From: Pseudomonadota bacterium
GTDB lineage: Bacteria > Bdellovibrionota > FAC87 > UBA2466
NCBI GenBank assembly: GCA_009927165.1
Contig: RFNO01000117.1
Location: forward strand, 14,468-78,467
Length of the DNA stretch: 64,000 bases
Direction of reading: 5' to 3'
The notes under the pieces are model-generated. The model did no database searches. It was not told where the DNA came from and was given only the letters and a program-made list of their open reading frames with translations. This document shows positions 28,709-38,469 of this stretch, one piece after another. Position numbers and translations under genes: made by a program. The stretch's first letter is position 1. The number at the start of each line of letters is the position of its first letter.

Positions 28709-28746
28709 AAACGGTCCAAGGATGTGATTCCTTGGGCCGTTTTTTT
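28709..28746 (+). terminator. Intrinsic terminator 2 (tandem)
   Basis: AAACGGTCCAAGGA/TCCTTGGGCCGTTT stem followed by a T run. Confidence 0.8.
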
Positions 28747-28824
28747 CTCTTTATGAATATAGCCTCATAATTAACGCTCGGTGTGACTTTATCCGATAGG
28801 GGAATGGAGAAGGCTTAGAGCACT

Positions 28825-29922
28825 ATGGATGAAGGAAAAAAAATAGGGTCCATTCCGTTTTCCGTGAAGAAACGAGCTGAAATGCAAGGGGGATTTGAGG
28901 AGATTCAGCAAGTAGCCTCTGGGGGGATGGCTATCGTTTTTAAGGCCAAACAGCCCAGTTTGGAAAGATTTGTAGCTGTTAAAAGTCTCAAATCCCATTT
29001 GTTAGCTAATCCTGAGATCAGAGAGCGATTTCGGAGAGAGGCCAAGGCTTTAGCTAGTGTTCTTCATCAAAATATTGCCCATGTGTATGATTTCAGTGAG
29101 TCTGAAGAAGAAGCCCTTATTTTCATGGAATATATTGATGGAATCGATTTGTCCCAAATTATCCAAAAAGTAGGAGCGCTTCCGGCTGAAGTTGCTGCGG
29201 CGATTCTTTTAGGGCTGGCTCGGGGAGTTTCCTATATCCACAATCGTCATTTGATTCATAGAGATATTAAACCCTCCAACATTCGGTTAACGGCTCGGGG
29301 CGAAGTGAAGCTGATGGATTTTGGAATTGTAATGGACACTGAGAGCCATTCGCTCACGAGACCTGGAATGATGGTCGGTTCTCCAAGTTATCTTTCCCCG
29401 GAACAAGTGATAGGAGATCCCCTGACGCCTCAATCCGACATTTTTCTTTTGGGAATCTGTTTGTACGAAATGTTGACGGGTACGCGGCCCTTTAAAGAAG
29501 AGGGTAACAAGACCGTGTTCCAGCGCATTCGAGAATGCGAGTATATTTCAGCTCAAGAGATGAACAGTGCTATTCCCCGTAAACTCAATCGAATCATAGA
29601 AAAATGTCTGGAGAAAGACCCTCGAGATCGATATGCCACTGCAAAGGAAGTCGTCCAAGAATTGGAGACTTTCCTAGGATTCATTAAAAGCAACCACACT
29701 CAGGATCTCATTTTGGGTTTTTTTGATGAGGAGTCTCTTCTGGTTCCCGCCATGTCTTATTCGGATGAGATAAAAGCGGCAGGTAGTTGGAAACAAACAT
29801 TTTCCAGTAAAACCTGGTTGTTAATTCTTTTACTGGCTAGCCTCAGTTTGGCTATCGGATATGTTTGGGGTAGAAACGATTCGGTTCACGCTTTACCCTA
29901 CAGTGCCAAGCCTCTGAAGTAA
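28825..29922 (+). CDS. Hanks-type Ser/Thr protein kinase with C-terminal TM helix
   Basis: SGGMA, VAVK, HRDIKPSN, DFG, GSPSYLSPEQ. Confidence 0.93.
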   Translation: MDEGKKIGSIPFSVKKRAEMQGGFEEIQQVASGGMAIVFKAKQPSLERFVAVKSLKSHLLANPEIRERFRREAKALASVLHQNIAHVYDFSESEEEALIFMEYIDGIDLSQIIQKVGALPAEVAAAILLGLARGVSYIHNRHLIHRDIKPSNIRLTARGEVKLMDFGIVMDTESHSLTRPGMMVGSPSYLSPEQVIGDPLTPQSDIFLLGICLYEMLTGTRPFKEEGNKTVFQRIRECEYISAQEMNSAIPRKLNRIIEKCLEKDPRDRYATAKEVVQELETFLGFIKSNHTQDLILGFFDEESLLVPAMSYSDEIKAAGSWKQTFSSKTWLLILLLASLSLAIGYVWGRNDSVHALPYSAKPLK

Positions 29923-30004
29923 TGATGGTTTTTCTATAAAATACAGCTACTTTTCTTAATTAGCAGATCTTTTCTTTGGTCCCTTTCAGTGCTACAAGGG
30001 GACC

Positions 30005-31117
30005 ATGTTTTTTAAGTCAAAATCCAGCGCCCTTTCAGCGGAAGCCGTCTTGCAAAAGTTAAAATCGGTACAGGATCCAGATTTGAACCGAGACATTGTC
30101 AGTTTAGGATTTGTTAAGAATCTGAAAATCGAAGGAGCAAAAGTTTGTTTTCAGGTTGAACTGACAACTCCAGCGTGTCCGGTGAAGGACCAGCTCAAGC
30201 AGCAATGCGAAGAAGTCGTTATGTCCTTAGAAGGGGTATCTAAAGTGGAGGTTGAGATGACTGCTAACGTTCGTGGCACAGCACCCCAGTCAAACCGTAT
30301 TGTTTTGCCTACTGTGAAAAATGTAATTGCAGTGGCTAGCGGAAAAGGCGGTGTGGGAAAAAGTACGGTGACCATCAATTTAAGTATGGCACTTGCGGCT
30401 GAGGGAGCCCGCGTCGGGTTACTCGATGCTGATATTTATGGTCCAAGCATTCCTCTGATGATGGGTACCACGAAGGAAAAACCTGAAAGTCGCGAGAAAC
30501 GAGTTATCCCCATCGAGCGAGATGGAGTCAAAATGATGTCGATGGGGTATCTCATTCCTGAAGGCGAGCCCGTGGTTTGGCGTGGTCCGATGGTTCACGG
30601 AGCGTTAACTCAGTTTTTAAGTCAGGTTGAGTGGGGAGAATTAGATTACTTGTTGATTGATATGCCTCCGGGAACTGGCGATGCACAACTTACGATCAGC
30701 CAGAGTGCTCCCCTTGCGGGCGCAATTATTGTAACTACCCCGCAAGAAGTGAGTCTGATTGATGCTCGAAAGGGCCTCAAGATGTTTCAAAATGTAAAAG
30801 TACCTATTTTGGGGGTTGTGGAAAACATGTCTGGCTTTGTTTGTGGCCATTGTCATGAAGTGACTCATGTTTTTCGCAAAGGAGGCGGCGAAAAAATGGC
30901 AGCTGAAATGGGAGTTGCCGTTTTGGGAAGCATTCCTTTGGATCCTCAAATCGCCGAAACTTCCGATTTGGGGACTCCGATTGTAGTTTCTCATCCCAAT
31001 ACACAGGTGGCTCAATCGTATCGTTCCATTGCTCGTGAGATTGCTGCAAAATTATCAGTTTTAAGCTTAGGAGGAGTTTCATCGTTTAAACCCATCGAGA
31101 TGGAATGGCAGTCATGA
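30005..31117 (+). CDS. mrp: Mrp/ApbC Fe-S cluster carrier ATPase with N-terminal DUF59
   Basis: DPDL...TTPACP, GKGGVGKST, DADIYGPS, DMPPGTGD, ENMS and CxxC. Confidence 0.95.
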   Translation: MFFKSKSSALSAEAVLQKLKSVQDPDLNRDIVSLGFVKNLKIEGAKVCFQVELTTPACPVKDQLKQQCEEVVMSLEGVSKVEVEMTANVRGTAPQSNRIVLPTVKNVIAVASGKGGVGKSTVTINLSMALAAEGARVGLLDADIYGPSIPLMMGTTKEKPESREKRVIPIERDGVKMMSMGYLIPEGEPVVWRGPMVHGALTQFLSQVEWGELDYLLIDMPPGTGDAQLTISQSAPLAGAIIVTTPQEVSLIDARKGLKMFQNVKVPILGVVENMSGFVCGHCHEVTHVFRKGGGEKMAAEMGVAVLGSIPLDPQIAETSDLGTPIVVSHPNTQVAQSYRSIAREIAAKLSVLSLGGVSSFKPIEMEWQS

Positions 31118-31428
31118 GTCTTTCACCCCTGGAACTTAAGCAGTTGGGACCGCAGCATTTGGGGATTATTTGGAATGATGGCCACAATTCCTTGTTCAAT
31201 GTAAGGAATTTGAGGCTCAAGTGTCGATGCGCCAATTGTGTCGACGAGTGGACTCGAGAAAAACTTCTTGATGATAACTCAGTCCCACTTGATGTGAAGC
31301 CTCGCAAAATTGAATCAGTCGGTCGATATGCAATTAAAGTAGAGTGGAGTGATGGTCACGATGCGGGAATCTATACGTTTGAGCACTTAAGAGCTCAGTG
31401 TGAGTGCCCCTTATGCAAATCCCGATAA
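31114..31428 (+). CDS. DUF971 (GBBH N-terminal-like) protein
   Basis: WNDGH, LRLKCRCANC, VGRYA, WSDGHDAGIY; ATGA-coupled to mrp. Confidence 0.9.
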   Translation: MSLSPLELKQLGPQHLGIIWNDGHNSLFNVRNLRLKCRCANCVDEWTREKLLDDNSVPLDVKPRKIESVGRYAIKVEWSDGHDAGIYTFEHLRAQCECPLCKSR

Positions 31429-31478
31429 CACTCGAAAACAAGCTCATTTACATAAAAAAAACGTCGGATCCTTTTGGA

Positions 31479-32477
31479 ATGAATGTTCCTTTTGAAACGA
31501 GTTCCTACCGAGAGGATTTTGAACAGTCGATGAGCGGTGGTTTTTTCGATTTGTCAGATTGGGGCATAGTCGAAATCAAAGGACCCGATGCTCGTGATTT
31601 TCTCCAGAGAATGACCACCGTCGATTTTAAGAAAATCTCCTCCCACAAAGTAGTTCCTGGGGCGTTTTTGACGGGACGCGGGGGAGTAGTGGCTCTGGGA
31701 ATGTTTAGAATGCTCAAGGATGAGCATTTTCTTTTTATCACAGGGCCTGGTCAAGAAAGTGCTTCTTTGGACCATATCGATCGGTTTCACTTCCAGGAAA
31801 AACTTGAAGCACAGACGGCGGGACAAGACTCTGTGGTCTTGGGCCTATGGGCAACGCCGGAGCAACTTGAGAAAAAGCTAGGTTGGAAGTTGGGAGCTGC
31901 CTTGGAAGTAACTCAATCAACATTGGATTCTGTTGGAGTGGAAACATGGATTGATAATCGCCGTCCTTTTCTAGTTTGGTGTCAGCTCCAAAGAAATAAT
32001 GCACTCGCTTTCATTACCGCCCTTTCCAAAAAGGGTTTCGACCTGTTGGGTACCCATGTCTTTCATTTTTATCGTATTCAGGCGGGGATGCCTTGGATGG
32101 GTTGGGAAATCACCGATAAAGATCTCATTTTAGAAGCTAACTTAGAGGACCATGTCGCTCGAAATAAGGGCTGTTACCCAGGACAAGAGGTGGTAGAGAG
32201 AATTTTTACCTACGGACAAGTCAATCGAAAACTTTTTGTAGTAGAATTGAAAACGCAGGAAAGCAGGGATTATTTACGAAAACCAGTCCTTGTCGACGAT
32301 GGTGATAAGCGAGTGGGAGAACTTGTTTCTGCAGTGGAGTTCCCGGAAGATTCTTCGAGAGCCATTGGACTTGCGTATATTCGAAAGGGCTATTGGAACT
32401 CTTCAACGGAATATGAAACTGCTGACAAAGACATGTTGAAAATTCAGTTGGGCCCTGAAAGGAATGACAATGCTTAA
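31479..32477 (+). CDS. ygfZ: YgfZ/CAF17 folate-binding Fe-S maturation protein
   Basis: GPDARDFLQ and KGCYPGQE; start uncertain (31404, 31413 or 31479). Confidence 0.88.
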   Translation: MNVPFETSSYREDFEQSMSGGFFDLSDWGIVEIKGPDARDFLQRMTTVDFKKISSHKVVPGAFLTGRGGVVALGMFRMLKDEHFLFITGPGQESASLDHIDRFHFQEKLEAQTAGQDSVVLGLWATPEQLEKKLGWKLGAALEVTQSTLDSVGVETWIDNRRPFLVWCQLQRNNALAFITALSKKGFDLLGTHVFHFYRIQAGMPWMGWEITDKDLILEANLEDHVARNKGCYPGQEVVERIFTYGQVNRKLFVVELKTQESRDYLRKPVLVDDGDKRVGELVSAVEFPEDSSRAIGLAYIRKGYWNSSTEYETADKDMLKIQLGPERNDNA

Positions 32478-34317
32478 GGGGTTGTTCAGGTTTTTTTCTT
32501 CTGTAAAATTGGCAGTGTTTTCGTTGCTTTTGTTATCAGCGGTCCTGGCTTACGCCACGATGATGGGAAGCTTTTACGGCATGAGAGGCTCCCAAGTTGC
32601 AGTCTACCAAAGATGGTGGTTTGGGGGAGTCCTTTTTCTTCTCGGACTTAATGTTTTTTGTGCGGCAATGTCCCGCTATCCCTGGAAGTTGCGACAGGCT
32701 GGGTTTGTACTAACTCACCTCGGAATTATCATTATTTTAGTTGGAGCTTTCGTAACACAAAAATATGGAATCGATGGAAACCTTCAGGTTTCTGAAATGC
32801 AACAAAACCGCGAAGTAATGTTGAACGATCTCAAGTTAACCATTGTTAAGCAGGCGACGGATAGTGAGGAGTCTACCAAGAAGCAGGAAATTATTATTCC
32901 GGAAAGTCATGTGCCTCGGGAAGGGAAAATAGTTGAGATTGTTTTTAAAGACAAAAGTGAAAAGTCAGCGGGCACTTTAGTAGTCGAGAAGTTTATTCCT
33001 AGAGCCGTTCCAGAAAATCAAATGATCATGAGCCCAACAAAGGGATTGGGAACTCCTGCTCTAAAGATAGCGCTTTCGAATAACCGATTCAGAATTCAGG
33101 AATGGTTGAAAGCAGATCCCCAGGAAAAAAAAGCAGAGCTTAATTTGGGGCCGGCGATTGTTACTTTTCAGAAGTTGTGGACTCCCGAAGATGAAAAAAA
33201 CTTTTGGTCTCAGAAACCCAAGAAGCCAGAAGCAGCAAAAGTAGCAGACAAAGGAACTCTTTTAGTGGACGTAGCTGGGCAGAGATTCGCGCTCAAAGTT
33301 TCAGATCTCATCAATCAATGGCGTCCGCTGGAAAAATCTGGGTTTGAGATACGAGTAGATAGGTATTTGCCTTATGCAGTCGTTGAGAATAACAAATTAA
33401 TCAGTCGTTCAGCAGATCCCAGAAATCCAGCCACTGAAGTTTCGGTAAGAAAAGGAAAAGATTCTAACCAGACCGAGCGATTTATTCTGTTTGCCCTGAT
33501 GCCCGAGCATAATACGCAGTACAAGCGTAAAGACGAAAGTAAACCTCGTTTCGAGGTCGCCCTTTCTTTAATGCCGCCTCAGCAGGAGCAAGAGTTGATG
33601 GGAGTGGGGCGATCACGGGGACGGTTGTACTTGGCTCAGAACAGTAGTGATAGCGAATTGTTCTATCGCAGTTTTGGTGCTTCCGGGGATTTGAACTCCG
33701 AAGGAAAAATCGCGCCTGGGAAAAAAGTGCCGACGGGTTGGATGAATATCGAACTTGAAGTGAAGGAGTGGTTACCGTTTTCGGTTCAAAAGGAAGAGCC
33801 AAGATCAGTGGAGAAATTGCAGGGAGCAGATGAGCCGTTTTTGACAGCGATAAAAGTCAAAGTGGACTCATATCCTTCGGTTTGGCTTTTAGAAGGAATG
33901 GGGAAAATGTTTTCTGTTGGGGGAAAAGATGTTGTTGTTCAATATCATCGAGACAGTTTAATGCTACCCTTCGATATTTATCTGGATAAGTTTACCATGG
34001 GGACTAACCCGGGAACTCAGCAGGCTGCTAGTTTCACAAGTAATGTCACCGTAAAAGACCCCAATCAGGATGAACAGAAAAAAGCAGTCATCTCTATGAA
34101 TGAACCTCTGAAGTATGGGGGGTATTACTTCTATCAAGCTAGTTATCAGCTTACCCCGGGTGAACCTGCTGTGTCAGTACTAGCGGTAAACTTTGATCCC
34201 GGTAGGGTGTTAAAATACTTGGGGTCACTCATTATGACTTTAGGCATAAGCTTAATGTTTTATTTGAATCCGCATTACCTAAAGGTTTTTCTGGGTGGCC
34301 AAAAGGAGACGGCATGA
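32464..34317 (+). CDS. Cytochrome c biogenesis ResB/CcsB-like protein
   Basis: SSVKLA, LTHLG and ISMNEPLKYGGY; three N-terminal TM helices and one C-terminal. Confidence 0.85.
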   Translation: MTMLKGLFRFFSSVKLAVFSLLLLSAVLAYATMMGSFYGMRGSQVAVYQRWWFGGVLFLLGLNVFCAAMSRYPWKLRQAGFVLTHLGIIIILVGAFVTQKYGIDGNLQVSEMQQNREVMLNDLKLTIVKQATDSEESTKKQEIIIPESHVPREGKIVEIVFKDKSEKSAGTLVVEKFIPRAVPENQMIMSPTKGLGTPALKIALSNNRFRIQEWLKADPQEKKAELNLGPAIVTFQKLWTPEDEKNFWSQKPKKPEAAKVADKGTLLVDVAGQRFALKVSDLINQWRPLEKSGFEIRVDRYLPYAVVENNKLISRSADPRNPATEVSVRKGKDSNQTERFILFALMPEHNTQYKRKDESKPRFEVALSLMPPQQEQELMGVGRSRGRLYLAQNSSDSELFYRSFGASGDLNSEGKIAPGKKVPTGWMNIELEVKEWLPFSVQKEEPRSVEKLQGADEPFLTAIKVKVDSYPSVWLLEGMGKMFSVGGKDVVVQYHRDSLMLPFDIYLDKFTMGTNPGTQQAASFTSNVTVKDPNQDEQKKAVISMNEPLKYGGYYFYQASYQLTPGEPAVSVLAVNFDPGRVLKYLGSLIMTLGISLMFYLNPHYLKVFLGGQKETA

Positions 34318-36002
34318 ACGCCAAATTATTAGTATTAGCTTTCTTATTAGCAGCTCAAGTCAGTTTCGGGCAGCTTCAAAAACGAGAGGGATTTCAGTGG
34401 GACATGATCGAGTCGCTTGCGATTCAGGATCGAGGACGGCTTAAGCCTTTCGACACTTTTGCACGAGAGAGTGTGCTTTATGTTACTGGTAAATCAAGCT
34501 GGAAAGGACTATCAGCGGTTGAAGTCGTTTGGGGGTGGTTACTTGCTTTTGAAGAAGAATATAAAGACGAATCTTTTATTCGAGTAGATTATAAGCCCCT
34601 TAAGGAAAAATTGGGTCTTGAGGTTAAAAATCAATTTTTTCGATTTGATGAAATAAGAGATTTGGAAACTCTTGATCAAGCAGTGAGACAAGCTAGCGAT
34701 AAGCAAATGAGCAAGGAGCGCTTGAGTGAGCTTGATAAAAAAGCATTGGAACTCCAGAACAAAGTTAGCCTTGTCGAATCTGTTATCACTGCCACATCGT
34801 TAGCGCTATTACCCAATCCTAAAAATCAAGACGAAGCGTGGTTTACGCTTGCTGATTTTATCAATAAACGGGCTACCCCTTATGAAGTGGCGGCGCATGA
34901 CAAGTTTGGATTAGTCCTCGAAGAGTGCAGTTTAGCTTTTAGAGGAAAAAAAGCCGATGAATGGAATCGCTGTGCCCCCACACTAAAAGTTATTCTTCGA
35001 GATGAGTTGGCGAAAGGGAATTACCCCAGTGCGGCTTCATTGAACCGTGAGATTCATTACAATCATTTTAGACCCTTTCGTTGGGCCTGGGTAGGATACA
35101 CTCTTGCTTTGGTTGCCCTGATTCTGGGATTGGTGGGGGACAGGAAAGTTTTTAAGCAAACTGGAGTTGCCCTACTGTTTGTTAGTTTTGGCATACACAC
35201 TTATGGTTTTGTTTTGCGATGTCTTATTTCGGGCAGACCTCCCGTAACCAATATGTATGAATCAGTGGTATGGGTGAGCTGGGGTTGTATACTTTTTGCT
35301 CTCATGATTTGGGGAGCTTATAAAAACATTATTATTCCAGCTGCTGCGCTGGTGTTTTCGATTGCCGGTTTGGTGCTAGCGGATAATCTTCCCTCGGTTC
35401 TCGATCCAGGAATTCATCCGTTGGTGCCAGTTTTGCGCAGTAATTTTTGGCTCACTATTCATGTGTTGTGCATTACTTTGAGTTATGCGGCATTTGCAGT
35501 CGCCACCTGCTTGGGAAATCTCAATTTGGGAATGTATATTTTTAAACCGCAGGAAGCTAAAGGCATTCAGCAAAACATCTTGTTCATGTATCGAGGAATG
35601 CAAATCGGAGTCATTCTTCTTGCTGCCGGAACTATTCTGGGTGGAGTTTGGGCGGATTATTCTTGGGGAAGATTTTGGGGATGGGATCCTAAAGAAGTTT
35701 GGGCTCTGATTGCTCTTCTCTTTTATATCGCCGTACTCCACGGTCGATTCACTGGGTGGTTAAAAGGGTTTGGCTTCGTAGCAACGACTGTGCTTTCATT
35801 TTTAGGAGTGGTGATGGCTTGGTACGGTGTTAACTTTGTGCTGGGAGTAGGGCTCCATTCCTATGGATTTGGATCGGGTGGGCTTAGCTATGTTCTCACC
35901 TATTTAGTGCTTCAAATTGCTTTTATAGGAATTTCTTACTATCGCTATGTAAAGGTTGGTAAACCAGGCAATAACTATGTGGCCCCTCGAACAGGGATTT
36001 AA
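34314..36002 (+). CDS. ccsA: Cytochrome c biogenesis protein CcsA (System II)
   Basis: GRLKPFDT, PPVTNMYE, WLTIHV and WADYSWGRFWGWDPKE (WWD domain), GLHSY. Confidence 0.93.
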   Translation: MNAKLLVLAFLLAAQVSFGQLQKREGFQWDMIESLAIQDRGRLKPFDTFARESVLYVTGKSSWKGLSAVEVVWGWLLAFEEEYKDESFIRVDYKPLKEKLGLEVKNQFFRFDEIRDLETLDQAVRQASDKQMSKERLSELDKKALELQNKVSLVESVITATSLALLPNPKNQDEAWFTLADFINKRATPYEVAAHDKFGLVLEECSLAFRGKKADEWNRCAPTLKVILRDELAKGNYPSAASLNREIHYNHFRPFRWAWVGYTLALVALILGLVGDRKVFKQTGVALLFVSFGIHTYGFVLRCLISGRPPVTNMYESVVWVSWGCILFALMIWGAYKNIIIPAAALVFSIAGLVLADNLPSVLDPGIHPLVPVLRSNFWLTIHVLCITLSYAAFAVATCLGNLNLGMYIFKPQEAKGIQQNILFMYRGMQIGVILLAAGTILGGVWADYSWGRFWGWDPKEVWALIALLFYIAVLHGRFTGWLKGFGFVATTVLSFLGVVMAWYGVNFVLGVGLHSYGFGSGGLSYVLTYLVLQIAFIGISYYRYVKVGKPGNNYVAPRTGI

Positions 36003-36008
36003 GACACA

Positions 36009-36305
36009 CTAATCCCCTAAAGACGCTTCATAAGGTTGAAGAGAGTCGCGTTCTGGTTCCACTGAGGGCTCAGAGGTCGCGACTTCATCGCGATAATCTT
36101 CTTTATCCTCTGGGAATAAAAGATTGGTTTGTTGTTCGCACAGGCCAGAGTGTTGTTCTCCGTTATTACCCACACAATCGTGGTAATAATTTTCAGCGTT
36201 ATTGTAGTCCGAGCTAGGGGGCAGAACTACTTGAGTTCTGCCCAAATTAGCTGGAAGAAAGCATAAAGTGAATGCCGCCAAGATGCGAGTCAGGGTGTAT
36301 TTCAT
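36009..36305 (-). CDS. Small secreted acidic hypothetical protein (protein C)
   Basis: GGAG RBS, signal-like N-terminus, two Cys in the mature part and an acidic tail; sigma54 promoter upstream. Confidence 0.7.
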   Translation of the reverse strand: MKYTLTRILAAFTLCFLPANLGRTQVVLPPSSDYNNAENYYHDCVGNNGEQHSGLCEQQTNLLFPEDKEDYRDEVATSEPSVEPERDSLQPYEASLGD

Positions 36306-36355
36306 CGTTGTAACTCCAAGTTGCCGTAAAGTAAGTCTGTCTATTGAGAGGAGAG

Positions 36356-36372
36356 AGCAAGAATCTCGCCAA
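36356..36372 (-). promoter_or_regulatory. sigma54 (-24/-12) promoter
   Basis: Minus strand TTGGCGAGATTCTTGCT, GG-N10-GC, about 50 nt upstream of the ATG at 36305. Confidence 0.7.
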
Positions 36373-36543
36373 CATTGCTTGTGCCTAGTTTAAGCGGGGA
36401 GACCCCGCTTCTCTGTGTTGAGTCATTTCAGACTGTCAATCCAGTCGAGAGGACGATCGGAAAAATACAGTAATAACAATGGGTTGAGACAATTGGCTAA
36501 GCTGCTGTCAGCTGTATTCTCTTTGAACACTCCAGTCAGCCAT

Positions 36544-37272
36544 TTAGACGGGCAAAAGAATTTGAGTATGAAAGGAAGCAAATTGAGTCAGAAGATGGCT
36601 GAGGGGAATAACCTGTTCTTGAGCAACCAAAAAACTATCCCATTGAGGCATTTTCATTTTTTCTGCCACACTCAAAATCATCCTCTGCTCAGTTCTTAAA
36701 TGAAAAGATTGGAAAGATTGTCCAGAAATACAAGTCTGACAAACCGCTCCCCCTGAACTCAGATCAAAAACAGCAGAGTTGTCTAAATCCCCAGAACATC
36801 GAGCACACTTTTCAAGCTGTGGGCTCAACCCCAAAAAACTAAGCAATTTCAATTTAAAAACTAAAACAAGCAAATCCAATCGCTCAATATTAGTTTCTTT
36901 TTCAATGAGAGCGAGAGTTTGACCAAGAAGGCTATAAAGATTGGGCATTGGCGTTGGAACATCTGCTAATTTCTTTATCCATTGTACGGCTTTTCCCGCA
37001 ATCATAACTTTTTCTAAGCTTTCACGAATCTGTGGAAAAGAATTGATAACAGTTAATTCAAGTAAATAAGGTCTGTCTTTAGGATCCCCTCTCAGAAAAA
37101 TCTCATTGTGACAAAAAAGATCAAGCCCTCCGATATAGCGTTTTTTACTTTTTCTGGCAGATTTCGCAAGCGTCGAAATAACTCCCCATTTTTGTGTTAG
37201 AAAACGGATGTAACAATCAGCTTCACCAAACTTCTCAATTGAAAGAACGATAGCTTTAGAGGAATGAGTCAT
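36544..37272 (-). CDS. recO: DNA repair protein RecO
   Basis: GEAD, AKSARKSKKR and a CxxC...CxxC zinc motif. Confidence 0.9.
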   Translation of the reverse strand: MTHSSKAIVLSIEKFGEADCYIRFLTQKWGVISTLAKSARKSKKRYIGGLDLFCHNEIFLRGDPKDRPYLLELTVINSFPQIRESLEKVMIAGKAVQWIKKLADVPTPMPNLYSLLGQTLALIEKETNIERLDLLVLVFKLKLLSFLGLSPQLEKCARCSGDLDNSAVFDLSSGGAVCQTCISGQSFQSFHLRTEQRMILSVAEKMKMPQWDSFLVAQEQVIPLSHLLTQFASFHTQILLPV

Positions 37273-37278
37273 CAGTGT

Positions 37279-38307
37279 TTATTTCTCACAAAAAGTCATC
37301 GCATCTGAAAGAGAGGCAATAGAGTTTTTATCTAGCTGAGATGAAGGAAGTCTCTTGAAACGGAGATAAAAAAAGTATCCTAAACAATTAAAGAGAACAT
37401 TATAGATCTGCATCAAAGTACAAAGTGTTCCCCCTTGCTCGGGTGATTGCACACCCATCCACTTAAAGAGAGTGTAAAAAGCAACTTGGCCTGTTCCAAT
37501 TCCTCCCGGAAGCAGAGGAACAGCAGCAGCGGTTACTGAAATGGGAACAATTACAAAATATTGGACCAGACTTAGCCGAATCCCTAACAAACTTCCTTCC
37601 AGAAAATGAAAGTAATTAGCGCTGAGAATTGATAGTGCTGACAGAAACAGTGCTGCTAGTAATTGTTTAGGATGATTTTGATAAATAAAAGCGGCATCGA
37701 GTAGTTTTCCTAATCGTGCAGAGGATCGCAACTTTCGGTTGATTCGATTGAAAATATTACTCTTCCAAATGGGAGCATAGAAAAAAAGAGCTGAAAATAA
37801 AATGAACATGAATGAAAACGTCCAAATGGTGACTGCAAGAATTTGGAGTTGGGGTTTTCCCTGAAGCCAGTTAGAAAAAATGAGTAAAGTAAAAGCAGCA
37901 TAAGCGATAATCACCGAAAGCCCCAACACTCTATCGAGAATCACGGTAAAAACTGCTTTGATTCGCTTGTTCGGTTCTTTGCCTGCAATATACCACGCTT
38001 TCATGAGATCGCCGCCAACTGATCCTGGCATGAAAGTATTAAAAAAATTACCAATCATGGTCAGTGAAAACAAATCCCTAAAGTTTAAGTAGAGCCCTTG
38101 TGCCTTAACTAAAATCAGCCATCGAGATGTGCATAGGAGAGAAGAAGTAGCAAGAAAAACAAAAGCCACGGCGAGATTTAGCGGGCTAAAGATAAGATGC
38201 TTTAACAAATCAAAGTCGATCATTTTGTCTCGAAGTACCCAAACAACTAGGGCTAAGCCCAAAACTGTTTTTATTAGAGTTTTTAGTTTTTGATTCGGCA
38301 ATTTCAT
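37279..38307 (-). CDS. UPF0104 / lysylphosphatidylglycerol synthase TM (flippase-like) protein
   Basis: RW, GNFFNTFMPGSVGGD, DRVLGL, PGGIG. Confidence 0.85.
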   Translation of the reverse strand: MKLPNQKLKTLIKTVLGLALVVWVLRDKMIDFDLLKHLIFSPLNLAVAFVFLATSSLLCTSRWLILVKAQGLYLNFRDLFSLTMIGNFFNTFMPGSVGGDLMKAWYIAGKEPNKRIKAVFTVILDRVLGLSVIIAYAAFTLLIFSNWLQGKPQLQILAVTIWTFSFMFILFSALFFYAPIWKSNIFNRINRKLRSSARLGKLLDAAFIYQNHPKQLLAALFLSALSILSANYFHFLEGSLLGIRLSLVQYFVIVPISVTAAAVPLLPGGIGTGQVAFYTLFKWMGVQSPEQGGTLCTLMQIYNVLFNCLGYFFYLRFKRLPSSQLDKNSIASLSDAMTFCEK

Positions 38308-38469
38308 CGTTAATTTGACCTTATTTCTAATCATCTCAACGGGACGCTTCGTTGACTTAAAATCCGGCCCAGTCTAAAATTTTCCTTAGTGTCTCACAAC
38401 ATAAAAAACTTGAAAATTAGCCTTGTTTGAGCCTCAGAGAAGGGTCCCATCAGAATCGGAGTCAAAAAC

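Noticed and set aside
28772-28799. sigma28-like promoter TAAC-N16-TCCGATAG before the kinase gene
   Set aside because: Both boxes mismatch and the spacer is one base long; too weak without TSS data.
36392-36410. Perfect inverted repeat AAGCGGGG-AGA-CCCCGCTT
   Set aside because: There is no clear U tract on either strand and I saw only one copy, so terminator and operator cannot be distinguished.
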